Source: an uncultured Methanosarcinaceae archaeon (lineage in GTDB: Archaea > Halobacteriota > Methanosarcinia > Methanosarcinales > Methanosarcinaceae). From it: a stretch of 64,000 nucleotides of DNA. Below the pieces are notes generated by a model. That model was not told the DNA's origin and searched no databases. It worked only from the letters and a program-made list of their open reading frames with translations. Position numbers and translations under genes: made by a program. This document shows, in pieces, positions 46,613 to 58,316 of the stretch. The stretch is taken from assembly GCA_963833425.1 (NCBI GenBank), contig CAWHXP010000013.1, forward strand, positions 128,001-192,000. Direction: 5' to 3'. How positions within the stretch are numbered: position 1 is the stretch's first letter; every line of letters begins with the position of its first letter.

Positions 46613-48328
46613 ATGGCAGCAGATATTTACTCTAAATTCAAAAAATCAATGGAAGTCAAGTTCACAAAGGAATTTGGTTCTAACCAGCAGTCCACCAAGG
46701 ACATTACCGACAAGACCGAAAAATTCCTGAGGCTTGGGCCTACGCAAGATCCAAGAAAGGCCGACATGATTAAGGCCGGAAAGCAACTTGCAGAGAAGAG
46801 AGGCCTAGCATTCTACAACCCGATGATGCACTCCGGTGCTCCAATAGGTCAGCGTGCAATTACTCCCTATATCATCTCCGGCACCGACATCGTTGCAGAA
46901 CCTGACGACCTCCACTACGTGAACAACGCTGCAATGCAGCAGATGTGGGATGATATCAGGAGAACGTGTATAGTCGGTCTTGATCTTGCTCATGAGACCC
47001 TTGAAAAGAGGCTGGGTAAGGAAGTTACTCCTGAGACTATTAACCACTATCTTGAAGTCCTTAACCACGCCATGCCTGGCGCAGCAGTTGTTCAGGAAAT
47101 GATGGTCGAAACCCATCCAGCGCTTGTAGATGACTGTTACGTCAAAGTCTTCACAGGTGATGACGCGCTTGCAGACGAAATAGACAAGCAGTTCCTTATT
47201 AATATCAATAAGGAGTTCACTGCAGACCAGGCAGCTCAGATTAAGGCCTCCATTGGTAAAACTTCCTGGCAGGCAATCCACATCCCGACAATCGTCTCAA
47301 GAACGACTGACGGTGCTCAGACCTCCAGGTGGGCAGCCATGCAGATAGGCATGTCCTTCATTTCCGCATATGCAATGTGCGCAGGGGAAGCGGCTGTCGC
47401 TGACCTGTCCTTCGCTGCAAAGCACGCAGCTCTGGTTTCCATGGGCGAAATGCTGCCTGCAAGGCGTGCACGTGGTCCTAATGAGCCAGGTGGATTGTCC
47501 TTCGGTCACATATCAGATATCATTCAGACAAGTCGCAAAGCGATTGATGATCCAGCAAAGGTCTCTCTTGAAGTTGTGGGTGCAGGCTGTATGTTGTACG
47601 ATCAAATCTGGCTCGGGTCCTACATGTCCGGCGGTGTCGGGTTCACCCAATATGCAACAGCTGCATACACCGACGACATCCTCGACAACAACGTCTACTA
47701 TAACGTTGATTACATCAACGACAAATACAAGGGTGCTGCAAAAGTCGGCAAGGACAACAAGATAAAGGCAACCTTGGACGTTGTAAAGGACATTGCAACC
47801 GAGTCCACAATCTATGGTATCGAGACCTACGAGAAATTCCCGACAGCCCTTGAAGATCACTTCGGTGGATCTCAGAGAGCAACTGTGCTCGCAGCAGCAG
47901 CAGGTGTCGCAACAGCTCTTGCGACCGGAAACGCCAACGCTGGGCTATCAGGCTGGTATCTATCCATGTACCTTCATAAGGAAGCATGGGGACGTCTCGG
48001 CTTCTTCGGATACGACCTGCAAGACCAGTGTGGTGCCACAAATGTTCTGTCCTACCAGGGCGATGAAGGTCTCCCAGACGAACTACGTGGGCCTAACTAC
48101 CCTAACTATGCAATGAATGTAGGACACCAGGGTGGGTACGCAGGTATTGCTCAGGCAGCTCACGCAGGCCGTGGCGACGCATTCACCGTTAACCCCCTCA
48201 TAAAGGTATGTTTCGCTGACGACCTCTTGCCCTTCAATTTTGCTGAACCCAGGAGAGAATTCGGTCGCGGTGCCATGAGGGAGTTTGTGGCTGCTGGTTC
48301 GAGATCTCTCATAACCCCGGCAAAATAA
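46613..48328 (+). CDS. mcrA: Methyl-coenzyme M reductase alpha subunit
   Basis: ATG after [50 protein letters not shown]. Confidence 0.99.
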   Translation: MAADIYSKFKKSMEVKFTKEFGSNQQSTKDITDKTEKFLRLGPTQDPRKADMIKAGKQLAEKRGLAFYNPMMHSGAPIGQRAITPYIISGTDIVAEPDDLHYVNNAAMQQMWDDIRRTCIVGLDLAHETLEKRLGKEVTPETINHYLEVLNHAMPGAAVVQEMMVETHPALVDDCYVKVFTGDDALADEIDKQFLININKEFTADQAAQIKASIGKTSWQAIHIPTIVSRTTDGAQTSRWAAMQIGMSFISAYAMCAGEAAVADLSFAAKHAALVSMGEMLPARRARGPNEPGGLSFGHISDIIQTSRKAIDDPAKVSLEVVGAGCMLYDQIWLGSYMSGGVGFTQYATAAYTDDILDNNVYYNVDYINDKYKGAAKVGKDNKIKATLDVVKDIATESTIYGIETYEKFPTALEDHFGGSQRATVLAAAAGVATALATGNANAGLSGWYLSMYLHKEAWGRLGFFGYDLQDQCGATNVLSYQGDEGLPDELRGPNYPNYAMNVGHQGGYAGIAQAAHAGRGDAFTVNPLIKVCFADDLLPFNFAEPRREFGRGAMREFVAAGSRSLITPAK

Positions 48329-48354
48329 TCAAAATGGTCAAATATTTTAAAAAT

Positions 48355-48385
48355 AGTAGGTCTTTTTACCTACTTTTTGTTTTTT
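48355..48385 (+). terminator. mcr operon terminator
   Basis: Hairpin AGTAGGT/ACCTACT followed by T-tracts. Confidence 0.7.
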
Positions 48386-48830
48386 ATAATTATTTTAAAT
48401 ATATCTTTTCTCAGAAATTATTTTGGTTCAATAGGATATACATACCCAGTGTATATTAGTAAATTTCTTTGCATTGAGAACCGGGAAATTTAACTTTTTC
48501 AACAATAATTTTAACCACAAAGATGGCATTAGCTTTTCAAACGTCATTTAAGAGCCTTCAAAAATTTCATCCGAATTCTATCGAATTTGTCAATTTCTAA
48601 CCCCAGATGCTAAAAAAGTTATAGGACTACTGAAGGTTTTGTTCTGTTTTTAGTATCAAATTAATTGACCAGTACTAACTATTGTCCCCAAAGTATAATA
48701 ATCTGTCAAATTTAGTACCTCAAATTCGATAAAAATTTGAAAAATAGTTCTTATGATACGGATAATCATCTGTCATATAATATCTTCACAAAAGGGACAA
48801 AAATTTATTGACACAAATATTACTTCTATA

Positions 48831-49973
48831 GAGAATTTCGAGAACCTCCATGCTCTTGAGCATGGTTGACTTTAAATTTGTCAATATTTATGTATATTCA
48901 TGAAAACTCTTATCGATTTTGATCTTAAAGAAGAGTATAACGTCTTGAAGCTGTTGGAGATAAGATTGCTGAAATTGCTTCCTTAATTGATTAGAAACTT
49001 TTTCGTATTATTCTTTAGTCTATGTATATTAACAAAACCGTTTCAGAAGGGAGACCTGAAACTGATGTCATTGTGATGTTCAAAATGCTTGTTTTACAAC
49101 AATGGTACAGGCTCTCTGATTTTGAACTTGAGAAACAGTGTATAGATCGAATTTCTTTTAGGAAATTCCTTGGATTTCTGGAATACATACCTGACAGTGC
49201 TACTGTATGGCTATTTAGGGAGAGAATTATCGAGAATTTCAAAGAAAATATAGGGAAAGTTGCAAAGCCAACTTGATACTCTGGGTTTACAGATAAAGTA
49301 GGGAATGATTCAGGATGCTATTTTTATCCATTCAGATCCAGGACATGCAAAAGCAGATAAACCTCGAGGAGATGAGGCAAAAACAAGAAGAAGCAGAGAC
49401 GGAACATGGACAAAGAAGGGAGGTAAGTCTCACTTTGTATATAAGCGTCATAATATAATAGACAGAGATTATGAGCTGATCAGAAGATTCAAAACAACAA
49501 CTGCATCAGTACATGATTCGTATGTAGATTTGACAGAGGAAAATGAAGTGGTTTATAGGGACAGAGGATACTTTGGAGCAAAAACGAAAGTGTATAATGC
49601 AACAATGAAAAGAGCAGTCAAAAGACATACGCTGGGAATAAGGGATATATTAAGAAATAAGAGAATTAGCTCAAAAAGAGGCAAAGGAGAAAGAGTTTAT
49701 TCAGTAACGAAAGAAATTTTCAAAGCAGAAGAGTTTTTGTTACTACTGTTAAAAGAGTAAATCTAAAAATGTTGTGTACGGCTTTTTGTTATAATCTCCA
49801 TCAATTGAGGAAATTGAAAATAAAAAAAGTATATTGAAGATAGCGGAAGCTATCTTTAAAATCAAAGAATTGAGAATAAGTAAAGCCAAAAAGAGGAATT
49901 AAATAGAGAAATTGACGGGAAGATATGAGAAATTCCTGCTAAGAAATAAAATCCGAAGTTTATCGAAATCCTC
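48831..49973 (+). mobile_element. IS5-family element, full length, transposase pseudogenised
   Basis: TIRs GAGAATTTCGAGAAC / GTTTATCGAAATCCTC; TATA on both flanks; fragments IQDAIFI, YRDRGY, ERVYSV; frameshifts and TAGs. Confidence 0.9.
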
Positions 49974-50162
49974 TATATACTTCTCAAAAATAAAAATGTC
50001 GTTGATACAAAATCAAAATGCTAAATTAGAGATCACAAATCCAATAGCAATTTAGATCAAAATAAAATTTGAAGATAAGTCCCAAAAACGAAATAAAGAG
50101 TTAAATAAAACATATTGTATTAATGAATCTCCTAAAAATCAATTAAAAGTTCAAACTGAATT

Positions 50163-50205
50163 AAAAAAGACTGAAAAATTAGTCAATATAAGATTTTTCA
50201 GTCTT
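50163..50205 (-). terminator. Terminator of TRAM cluster
   Basis: 13-bp stem AAGACTGAAAAAT/ATTTTTCAGTCTT with T-run on minus strand. Confidence 0.6.
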
Positions 50206-50231
50206 GCTTGTTTTCATTTGAAGCATAACGC

Positions 50232-50438
50232 TTATTCAAGGATGCTAGCAAAACCATATTTTGGAAGTATCTTTTCTATCTTAATCCTTACCTCATCGCC
50301 AACCTTGGTTCCTGGGACAAAAATCACAAAGCTCTCTATACGAGCAATACCATCTCCCTGGCGCGCGATATCTTGAATTGTAACATCATAAACTTCACCT
50401 TCTTCGACAGGAACAGAGCTACTTTCGTCTCTGAGCAT
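50232..50438 (-). CDS. TRAM-domain RNA chaperone
   Basis: 68 aa; PVEEGEVYDVTIQDIARQGDGIARI. Confidence 0.92.
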   Translation of the reverse strand: MLRDESSSVPVEEGEVYDVTIQDIARQGDGIARIESFVIFVPGTKVGDEVRIKIEKILPKYGFASILE

Positions 50439-50500
50439 GAAAACCATTCCTTAATAAATTAACTTGAAATTTGGAGTAATTACTCGATTCAAGCCTGAAT

Positions 50501-50707
50501 TTATTCTACAACACTTGCAAATGCAAATTTGGGTAATACTCTTTCAACTTTAATCCGAACCTCATCACCAACTTTGGTGCCCGGAACAAAGATAACAAAA
50601 CCCTCTATACGTGCAATGCCATCTCCTTGACGGGCAATATCCTGAATTGTTACATCATAAACTTCTCCCTCTTCGATAGGGACCGAGCGACTCTCTTCTC
50701 TGAACAT
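50501..50707 (-). CDS. TRAM-domain RNA chaperone
   Basis: 68 aa paralog; start at MFREESRS. Confidence 0.92.
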   Translation of the reverse strand: MFREESRSVPIEEGEVYDVTIQDIARQGDGIARIEGFVIFVPGTKVGDEVRIKVERVLPKFAFASVVE

Positions 50708-50774
50708 GAAAAACCATTCCTTTAGTTTACTTAAGTTAAATTTTAATATAATACTTGATTTTCGGAAGCTGTAC

Positions 50775-50981
50775 CTACTCGACAACAGTTGCAAATGCAA
50801 ATTTTGGAAGTACCCTTCCAACCTTAATCTGAACTTCATCGCCTACGCTAGTATTCGGGACAAAAACTACGAAGCCTTCGATACGGGCGATGCCGTCTCC
50901 CTGGCGCGCAATGTCCTGAATAGTTACATCATAAGTTTCGCCCTCTTCAACGGGCACAGAAATACCTTCTTCTTTAAACAT
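50775..50981 (-). CDS. TRAM-domain RNA chaperone
   Basis: 68 aa paralog; ends in TAG. Confidence 0.92.
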   Translation of the reverse strand: MFKEEGISVPVEEGETYDVTIQDIARQGDGIARIEGFVVFVPNTSVGDEVQIKVGRVLPKFAFATVVE

Positions 50982-51224
50982 AGGTTCATTCCTTTAATTT
51001 CTATTTAATTGCTTAAGAGCGCTCTTCGACAGAAAGGAGTAAAAACAGTACTTAACAAACCAAACTTGAAATCCAAATTTAGAAAGTACACATCCTATTT
51101 AATCTACTTGGTTAACTAGTATCCAACAGAGCTTCTGATTAAGTCAATTAATTGGTCATATTCATATTCGCTTGTATATAAAATTTTGCTTCAATTATAC
51201 TAAATTCGACACAGATAAAAAGGA

Positions 51225-51702
<478 letters not shown>

Positions 51703-52488
51703 TAAAATAACTCAGTTAGTTAATAACAATTATCGGAGAGTTTCAATCTAGCAGTAAGCTGTGGGGGGTATTCAACTTGAATAATCACTATATCAGAGTT
51801 GTACTAGCCAATTAAAAAACATATTGGCAACATATCATGGTCAAAAAGGAGAGTAATTTGGTATGATATCGGTATTCCTTCCAATACATTCAACTAAGAT
51901 AAATTCACTAAATTTTATTCATGAAGTTATACAAATGGATTTCAACAAAACTCATTATATTAGTCGTTTGATTCAAAGAGTTTGTCAGAAGTAAATATAC
52001 AGAATAGCTAAATTAGGATCGTTTACTAAGAATTTGATGAAAATATTTAATGAACAAATAAATAGTTTAATTAATTGCTGAGTTGACTGCAAATAACTTC
52101 ATGCACATTCATGAATTCAAGAAACTTAAAGAAGTATACAATTCATAAATTTGTGGGTTTTTGATTATTACAGTCAATTGCTAGCGGAATTAATAATAAA
52201 TTATAGAGCTCCTAATAGGATCCATAAGTCTAGAGACTTACCATTTGTAGGAAAACTTCTAACCTTAACCATTTTACAAACTACAACAGTTACCGTTAAC
52301 AAATTCTCTCATCCAAGTTCAGTATCTCATTCCTAATTATGTTATCCACAAAAGTCTGGTTGTTTGTAAGGTTACATCTTTGATTTTCATTACATAAGAG
52401 GAGCAAATTATATACCATAATATTGGCCGCAGAATATCAGTAGCATTCTTAAAAAATTTATCCCAGATCAAAAATAGGAAATATTTCC

Positions 52489-53370
52489 ATGAAGATTAAT
52501 CCACGCTGCATCTATTGCCTACTTTCAAGAGTCCACTTCCAGTCTAAGCTTTCGACAGATGATGAAGATCTCATAAACAAGACAATGCATGAATGCCTTA
52601 GAGTTATGAATAAATATTATGATCCTGAAGCAGTATCTGCATCTATAGCAACTAAAATCCATAGGAAATGCTATGAAGTTCTGGGAGATAAAGACCCTTA
52701 TGCGGGAACAAAGAAACTTATCAACCGGTCTGCACTTAAAGTCCTGACTGCAGCCAAACAAAAAATTTATGAAAATTCTCCTGATAACAGGGAAATTTTC
52801 CGGCGGGCGGTGCTTTCATCTGTGATTGCAAATTACTTTGATTTTGGTATAATGGGATTTGATGCCAATGAAACTGAATTTGAGACTGTTTTTCTGAAAC
52901 TCTTCGAACACGGACTTGACGTGGATGATACTCCTAAAATATTTTGCCTCCTGCAAGATGTTGTTTACATTGCAGACAACTGTGGTGAGATCCTCTTTGA
53001 TGTGCTAGTTTTTGATGTTATAAAAAAACTCGGAGGGAAAATAACGCTTGTAGTTAGGGGAGGCCCAATTCTCACGGACGTAACCTTAGAAGAGGTAACA
53101 GAGTTTGAAGTGGATAAAAAAGTTGATCGGGTCCTGACTACAGGTTCTAATGCAATAGGTGTTCTGATCGAAGAAGCTCCACCTGAACTTCTCAAAGCCA
53201 TGAAAGATGCGACCCTTATCATAAGTAAGGGAATGGCTAACTATGAAACTCTTTCAGAACATAATTTTGGGCCTACTGCTTATATGCTTCTTACAAAATG
53301 TGAATGCGTTGCTGAGGATCTCGGGCTCGAACAGGGTCTAGTTGTTGCAAAACTAATGAATTGTCCTTGA
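52489..53370 (+). CDS. DUF89/ARMT1-like damage-control phosphatase
   Basis: CIYC, DPY, ANYFD, YIADNCGE, SKGMANYE, KC motifs. Confidence 0.9.
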   Translation: MKINPRCIYCLLSRVHFQSKLSTDDEDLINKTMHECLRVMNKYYDPEAVSASIATKIHRKCYEVLGDKDPYAGTKKLINRSALKVLTAAKQKIYENSPDNREIFRRAVLSSVIANYFDFGIMGFDANETEFETVFLKLFEHGLDVDDTPKIFCLLQDVVYIADNCGEILFDVLVFDVIKKLGGKITLVVRGGPILTDVTLEEVTEFEVDKKVDRVLTTGSNAIGVLIEEAPPELLKAMKDATLIISKGMANYETLSEHNFGPTAYMLLTKCECVAEDLGLEQGLVVAKLMNCP

Positions 53371-54018
53371 AATGTTAATTAGTATCTATTTTTTTCGGCA
53401 TCTTTTTATTTTCTGTGAGACAAAGACAAAACGCTTCGATCTATAAAAATGCAGCATTCATTACACTGAAAATTTAATCTAGAAAACGTCAACAATTTAA
53501 TGGTAAAAGAACTCCTGTTTTTGGAAAGTACTATAAGTGTAAACAACATATTGAAAAAAGTGGTTTCTTAGAACTATTTCATATATTTTGATGGCCTAGT
53601 TAAAAATGTGGCAACTCACAAATTAAATACTACTTTAATTTATTTAGGTGAAGTTTAAATCAGAGTTTGACTTATACCTAGATCAAAGAAAGGTAGCCAA
53701 AACAAGAATAGAGCATTTATGAATTTTGACAAACCAAGTAGAAAGTCCGAACATATTCATCCTTAGGTTGGTCGTAGCTTCGGGTATTTTAATTTTGAAT
53801 TAAGGAGAATTTCGATAAACCTTTATTTTCAAGAGTCAGTTGATATAAAGTTAAATGTATAAAAGAATTATAGGTTATCAAAACCTTTAAAACTCTCAAA
53901 AAGATATTTATACTCATACGATATTTAATTGGTAAGTGAATTTTTTTATCTAGTTAATGGATTATTGAATTTCCATTAACAGTGTGATTCTTAATATTTA
54001 TTAATAAGATACTCATCA

Positions 54019-54945
54019 ATGAGTACACTTGATAGCAGTGGTGGATCTATGAAAAGTAGCTTTTCGATCACAGTAGATCTTGAGGACTGGTATCATATTC
54101 CTTCAGTTTGTGGTTCTCCTTTTGCTGTTTATAGAAGTGTAGATGAATTTTTTGAAAAATGGGATGGTAAGTACGACTTTCTGACTGAGCCAACAAAAAG
54201 GGTACTGGATCTCCTCGATGAGTTCAAAGTGACTGCTACATTCTTTGCAGTTGCGGATATTGTAGAGAATTATCCTGGACTGATCGAGTCAGTCGTGGAA
54301 AGGGGACATGAGCTCGCATGCCATGGGTTGCACCACACCTGTAAAATAGATCCTGAAACAAAAAAACAGTTAATAAGTAACGAGGAATTTGAGCAAAGGA
54401 CATTGCTTGCAAAAAGAATTTTGGAAAAAGTTTGTGGGGACAAAATAGTTGGGTATCGAGCGCCAAATTCTCTAGTCGGTGGTTGGATGCTGGATTCTTT
54501 GGAACGGATTGGATTCAAATATGACTCATCTGTATCTGTAAATTCTCTTTATAATAAAACAGATTCGTCTCTTAGTACAGTTTCATCAACTCCATATTTT
54601 CCTATAGAAAGTGGCCTTGAAGTAGGAGAGGATAGAAACCTGGTTGAGTTTCCCTGGGCCTATTATCATAATTTATTGAAAATTCCGGCATCTGGAGGGC
54701 CAATGCTTCGTTTTTTTGGGGCTCCACTTGTATTAAATGGGCTTCTTCAAAGTCTAAGAAGAGGGCATACAGTATTTTATTTTCATCCATTGGATATTTC
54801 TTGTGCTAAATTTCCCTCAGTAGGGAACAATAGACCCTTTTATTGGTGTTTAAAAGGCAAGTTTGTTGAACAGAGGATCCGTTATATTTTGAAGAAGTTG
54901 GAAGACGTTGATAAAATATGCTTGCGAGATTATCAAGGCTTATGA
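54019..54945 (+). CDS. Polysaccharide deacetylase family protein
   Basis: TVDLEDW, HELACHGLHH, GYRAP, YDSS, FYFHP; start may be 54049. Confidence 0.9.
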   Translation: MSTLDSSGGSMKSSFSITVDLEDWYHIPSVCGSPFAVYRSVDEFFEKWDGKYDFLTEPTKRVLDLLDEFKVTATFFAVADIVENYPGLIESVVERGHELACHGLHHTCKIDPETKKQLISNEEFEQRTLLAKRILEKVCGDKIVGYRAPNSLVGGWMLDSLERIGFKYDSSVSVNSLYNKTDSSLSTVSSTPYFPIESGLEVGEDRNLVEFPWAYYHNLLKIPASGGPMLRFFGAPLVLNGLLQSLRRGHTVFYFHPLDISCAKFPSVGNNRPFYWCLKGKFVEQRIRYILKKLEDVDKICLRDYQGL

Positions 54946-55964
54946 ATGCATATTTTGAAAAGTTTTTGTTTTATCATAGGACTAAAACTCAAAAATTAAA
55001 AACTTGCAGAAGATGTTGCACAAAAACCTGCACTATTTCACTGAATTGAATCAATGGTCTCAAAAGCACATGAACTTCTTTAATCTTATTAAATTGTGGT
55101 GAATAAGATAACTATGTCTTATCTCTACAAATGCAATAATATATATGCCTAATCAATTTTATTCGACATTTTTACTTGGAATTAAACATAAATCACAAAA
55201 TGTTAGTATTTGTATTTTGGATTGAGTTTACTGGTAAAATTTAATAACCATTAATGGTAGAATCTTGAAAAATAACCTAGAAGTTAGCTTTGACCGAATA
55301 GAAATTTGAATATTTTTATTGACTAGTCAGTCTACTAAAAATTTGTTGAGTTAGATTTATTTTGATGGGATACATACTTTTAATAAGTAACTGGTGAAGA
55401 GAACTAAAACATCATAAAAACCAATAATGAAATAAGCTCAGCACACTATAATTTGCCAATTGAATTCCAGTAAACATGGTTATTGATATTTTTTATCTAA
55501 ACTTGAAAGCTATTGTTTTATTATAACAGTTGTAAAAACACGGAATATATATTTAACTTCATTCTAATTACACTAGTATTGTCACTTTAATTCTTGTTTA
55601 ATATTTTATGACTAGTTTTCACTCAAATGCAGACCCTTTTAAGAATTTCAGTTTCATCTTTTTTCTTTTTCTACTGGATTAAGTACTTGAATCTTCACCA
55701 AGTCAAAATTCTTTTAAATACGATCACTTATCAATCTCATATATATTTGATAACATTTTTGGAAGCTGTAAACTGATTTTTGGCAAAAAGATGAAAATTA
55801 ATCCCAAAGTGAATGAGATTCATAATCCAGTTTTAAAATATTGCTACGAGCTGATTTTTTGTTTTTATCAAAAAGTTTGTCATTCCAAACTTTGGGAACA
55901 TTAAATTTTCTAATAGATTAAGATTCTAAGGAAAAGCGTTTACCGAAGATTATTATCTAAAGGA

Positions 55965-56594
55965 TCAAACATACTTGAAAAGGTCATCCCTTTTCATTTC
56001 GTGCAGCCTGTCTCGAAGGAGGACCTTTAATGTCTTGATATATCCTTTTTTGGAGCTTACTGGAGCAATCAAGTGATCCCATTTATGCCATGGGGGAGAA
56101 AGTCCAAGGAGGGCTGCAATCTCGTCAAGAAGAGGATCATAACCGTTTTCTTTGACCTTATCCATCTTATTTGCAGCAACAAGAGTATCTATTCCAACTC
56201 CTCTGAGAAAATCAAACATTTCAACATCAATAGGAATATACCCCTTGGAATCCCAACGGTAGAAGATTTCTGGAAATAAAGGACCGTCTATTACCAGAAT
56301 TCCAAATTTGATCCTTTTGGCATTATCCTCAATGTAGTGCACGATTTTATCCTTCACTATATCCTGCTTTCTATCCTTTACGCCACTCATGAAGCCGAAG
56401 CCAGGCATGTCGGTAATAAGCATATCTGAGATCTGAAAATGCGTCGGCTGCAGGGTAACTCCTGGACGTTTCCCCACCATCACTTTTACCCCAAAAAGTT
56501 TCCTTATTAGGGAGGACTTCCCCACATTTGAGCGGCCCACAAAAATTGTCTCAAAATTCATGTTGCTTTCAGCTTCAGTATTGCTAGTTCCCAT
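55965..56594 (-). CDS. engB: GTP-binding protein EngB
   Basis: GRSNVGKSS, RPGVT, DMPGFG, NKMD. Confidence 0.92.
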   Translation of the reverse strand: MGTSNTEAESNMNFETIFVGRSNVGKSSLIRKLFGVKVMVGKRPGVTLQPTHFQISDMLITDMPGFGFMSGVKDRKQDIVKDKIVHYIEDNAKRIKFGILVIDGPLFPEIFYRWDSKGYIPIDVEMFDFLRGVGIDTLVAANKMDKVKENGYDPLLDEIAALLGLSPPWHKWDHLIAPVSSKKGYIKTLKVLLRDRLHEMKRDDLFKYV

Positions 56595-57689
56595 TGTTTA
56601 TTACCTCATTACTTTCCAAGATGTGTATCGAAAGCCCTGAAGAATACCTAAACTGATTTTTTTGGATGTGCATCCCTGCAGAAAGTAAATACACTCCGTA
56701 AATTTTTTCAAATTAAGATGCAACTAGTGAGAAGAACGTTTATGCCTACTTTTCCTTCGGAAAAAGTATTAAATTTCAGGTGGCTCTTCTCTCAAAGTCC
56801 TCAAGTTCAATTCCCACTTACTTCTTGCATCAGGAAACTGCATAGATATAACCATTGAAATCAAATTATCCGTAATTATAAATACTCGCTGTTTATCAAA
56901 ACTTTAATATTTGATTTGCAAATTTCTTGATTTTTCTTTTGTTAACCACAACTTCTCTGAAAATCTTGTGAGTATTAGGGATATTTGAAGGTATCATATC
57001 TTTCAAGCGGGAAGGAACATGTATTGACCCAGCTCTTTGCATTAATACACTGTTTAAAAAATTCACTCCAGATTCTGAATTGAAACACTCATACTATTTA
57101 GATAATATTCCAAGATTCTATCGTCAGCTCGGAAGAAAAAGTCCAATTTCATGGTAGACCCCAGTAGTTTTCTGTAGTTTTCTGGGAATTTGTGGCAGTA
57201 TATTTACATACTAAAGGTTGCTACTTTGTCACAATTAGTCAATTAGCGGATTTTGAAAAGTGTTTATAGTCTGGTGAATATCCTAGACCATAAGAGTATC
57301 CATAACTTCTATATAGCTTCTAATCATCACATAAAATATTACACTCTCTAAAAGATGGTTTTGTTTTAAGGATGATGTTCAAAACTTCACTTTATTCATT
57401 CGTAGAATAGAGTTTAAATAAATAAATGAAACAATGTAAACATCGATATAGGATATGAAGTGAGTTGGATATGAAGCGAATTTGAAACACTTGAAATATA
57501 ATTCTATATCTGATATGGCGTTAAAAAATATGCTTAATTTGTGATTTGACTATGATCCGCCTAGAATTTATGTATTTGTAAGGTCAAATTATAGTTTTTC
57601 CTTATTTTAGTTATATTACAGAACATTCCAATAAATTCCTAAATTTAATCATCTACTTAATAAAATATAAAAAACTCGTGAAAATCAGA

Positions 57690-58235
57690 GGTTTTATCAA
57701 AATACTCTTAAATAAATTTATAAAAATCCCATAGCATTCAGATTTATCTCTCATTTTTTTTGCTAGAATTCTGTCCAAATCTTTCTTGCCAATTTCTGTA
57801 TTTGACCTGATTTTTTTCTTTTTTGATTCGTTATTCTTTATTTTAAAGATAACTTCAGCTGTCCTTAAAATAATTCTTTTATTTTCAAGGTAATCGATTG
57901 ATAGAGATTCTAACAAAAAGCTGTACATAACATCATAGATTCATTCTTTAGATAAGGACTTTCCCTGCCCTGAATCTCTTTTTAGTTACTGCACAAACTC
58001 GTTCCATAGGAGCTTCTTTACAATTATCACTAAATCTCTTCTGAATGATCAAACTGTGGTACTAACTGGTATGTATCAAGAAAATTCTGGAAAAAAATCA
58101 ATCAACACATTGTTTCTTGAGTTCGAGTTCTTAAAGACAATTCTATTGCTGTAAAGAAAGCATTTTAAGAATAGTGATTACATCAGATTCAGGTCTGCCT
58201 TAAGAAGTGGTTTTGTTAAAAAAATATGAACTCAA
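57690..58235 (-). mobile_element. Fragmented IS5-family remnants
   Basis: AACAAAAAGCTGTACATAACATCATAGATTC shared with 14972..; decayed transposase pieces. Confidence 0.5.
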
Positions 58236-58316
58236 AATTCAAAGACAAGATCAAAAAGGGACTTGCTACTATTCGATCTATTTTATCACTATTTACTTTT
58301 TTTCTGTAATGATTAT

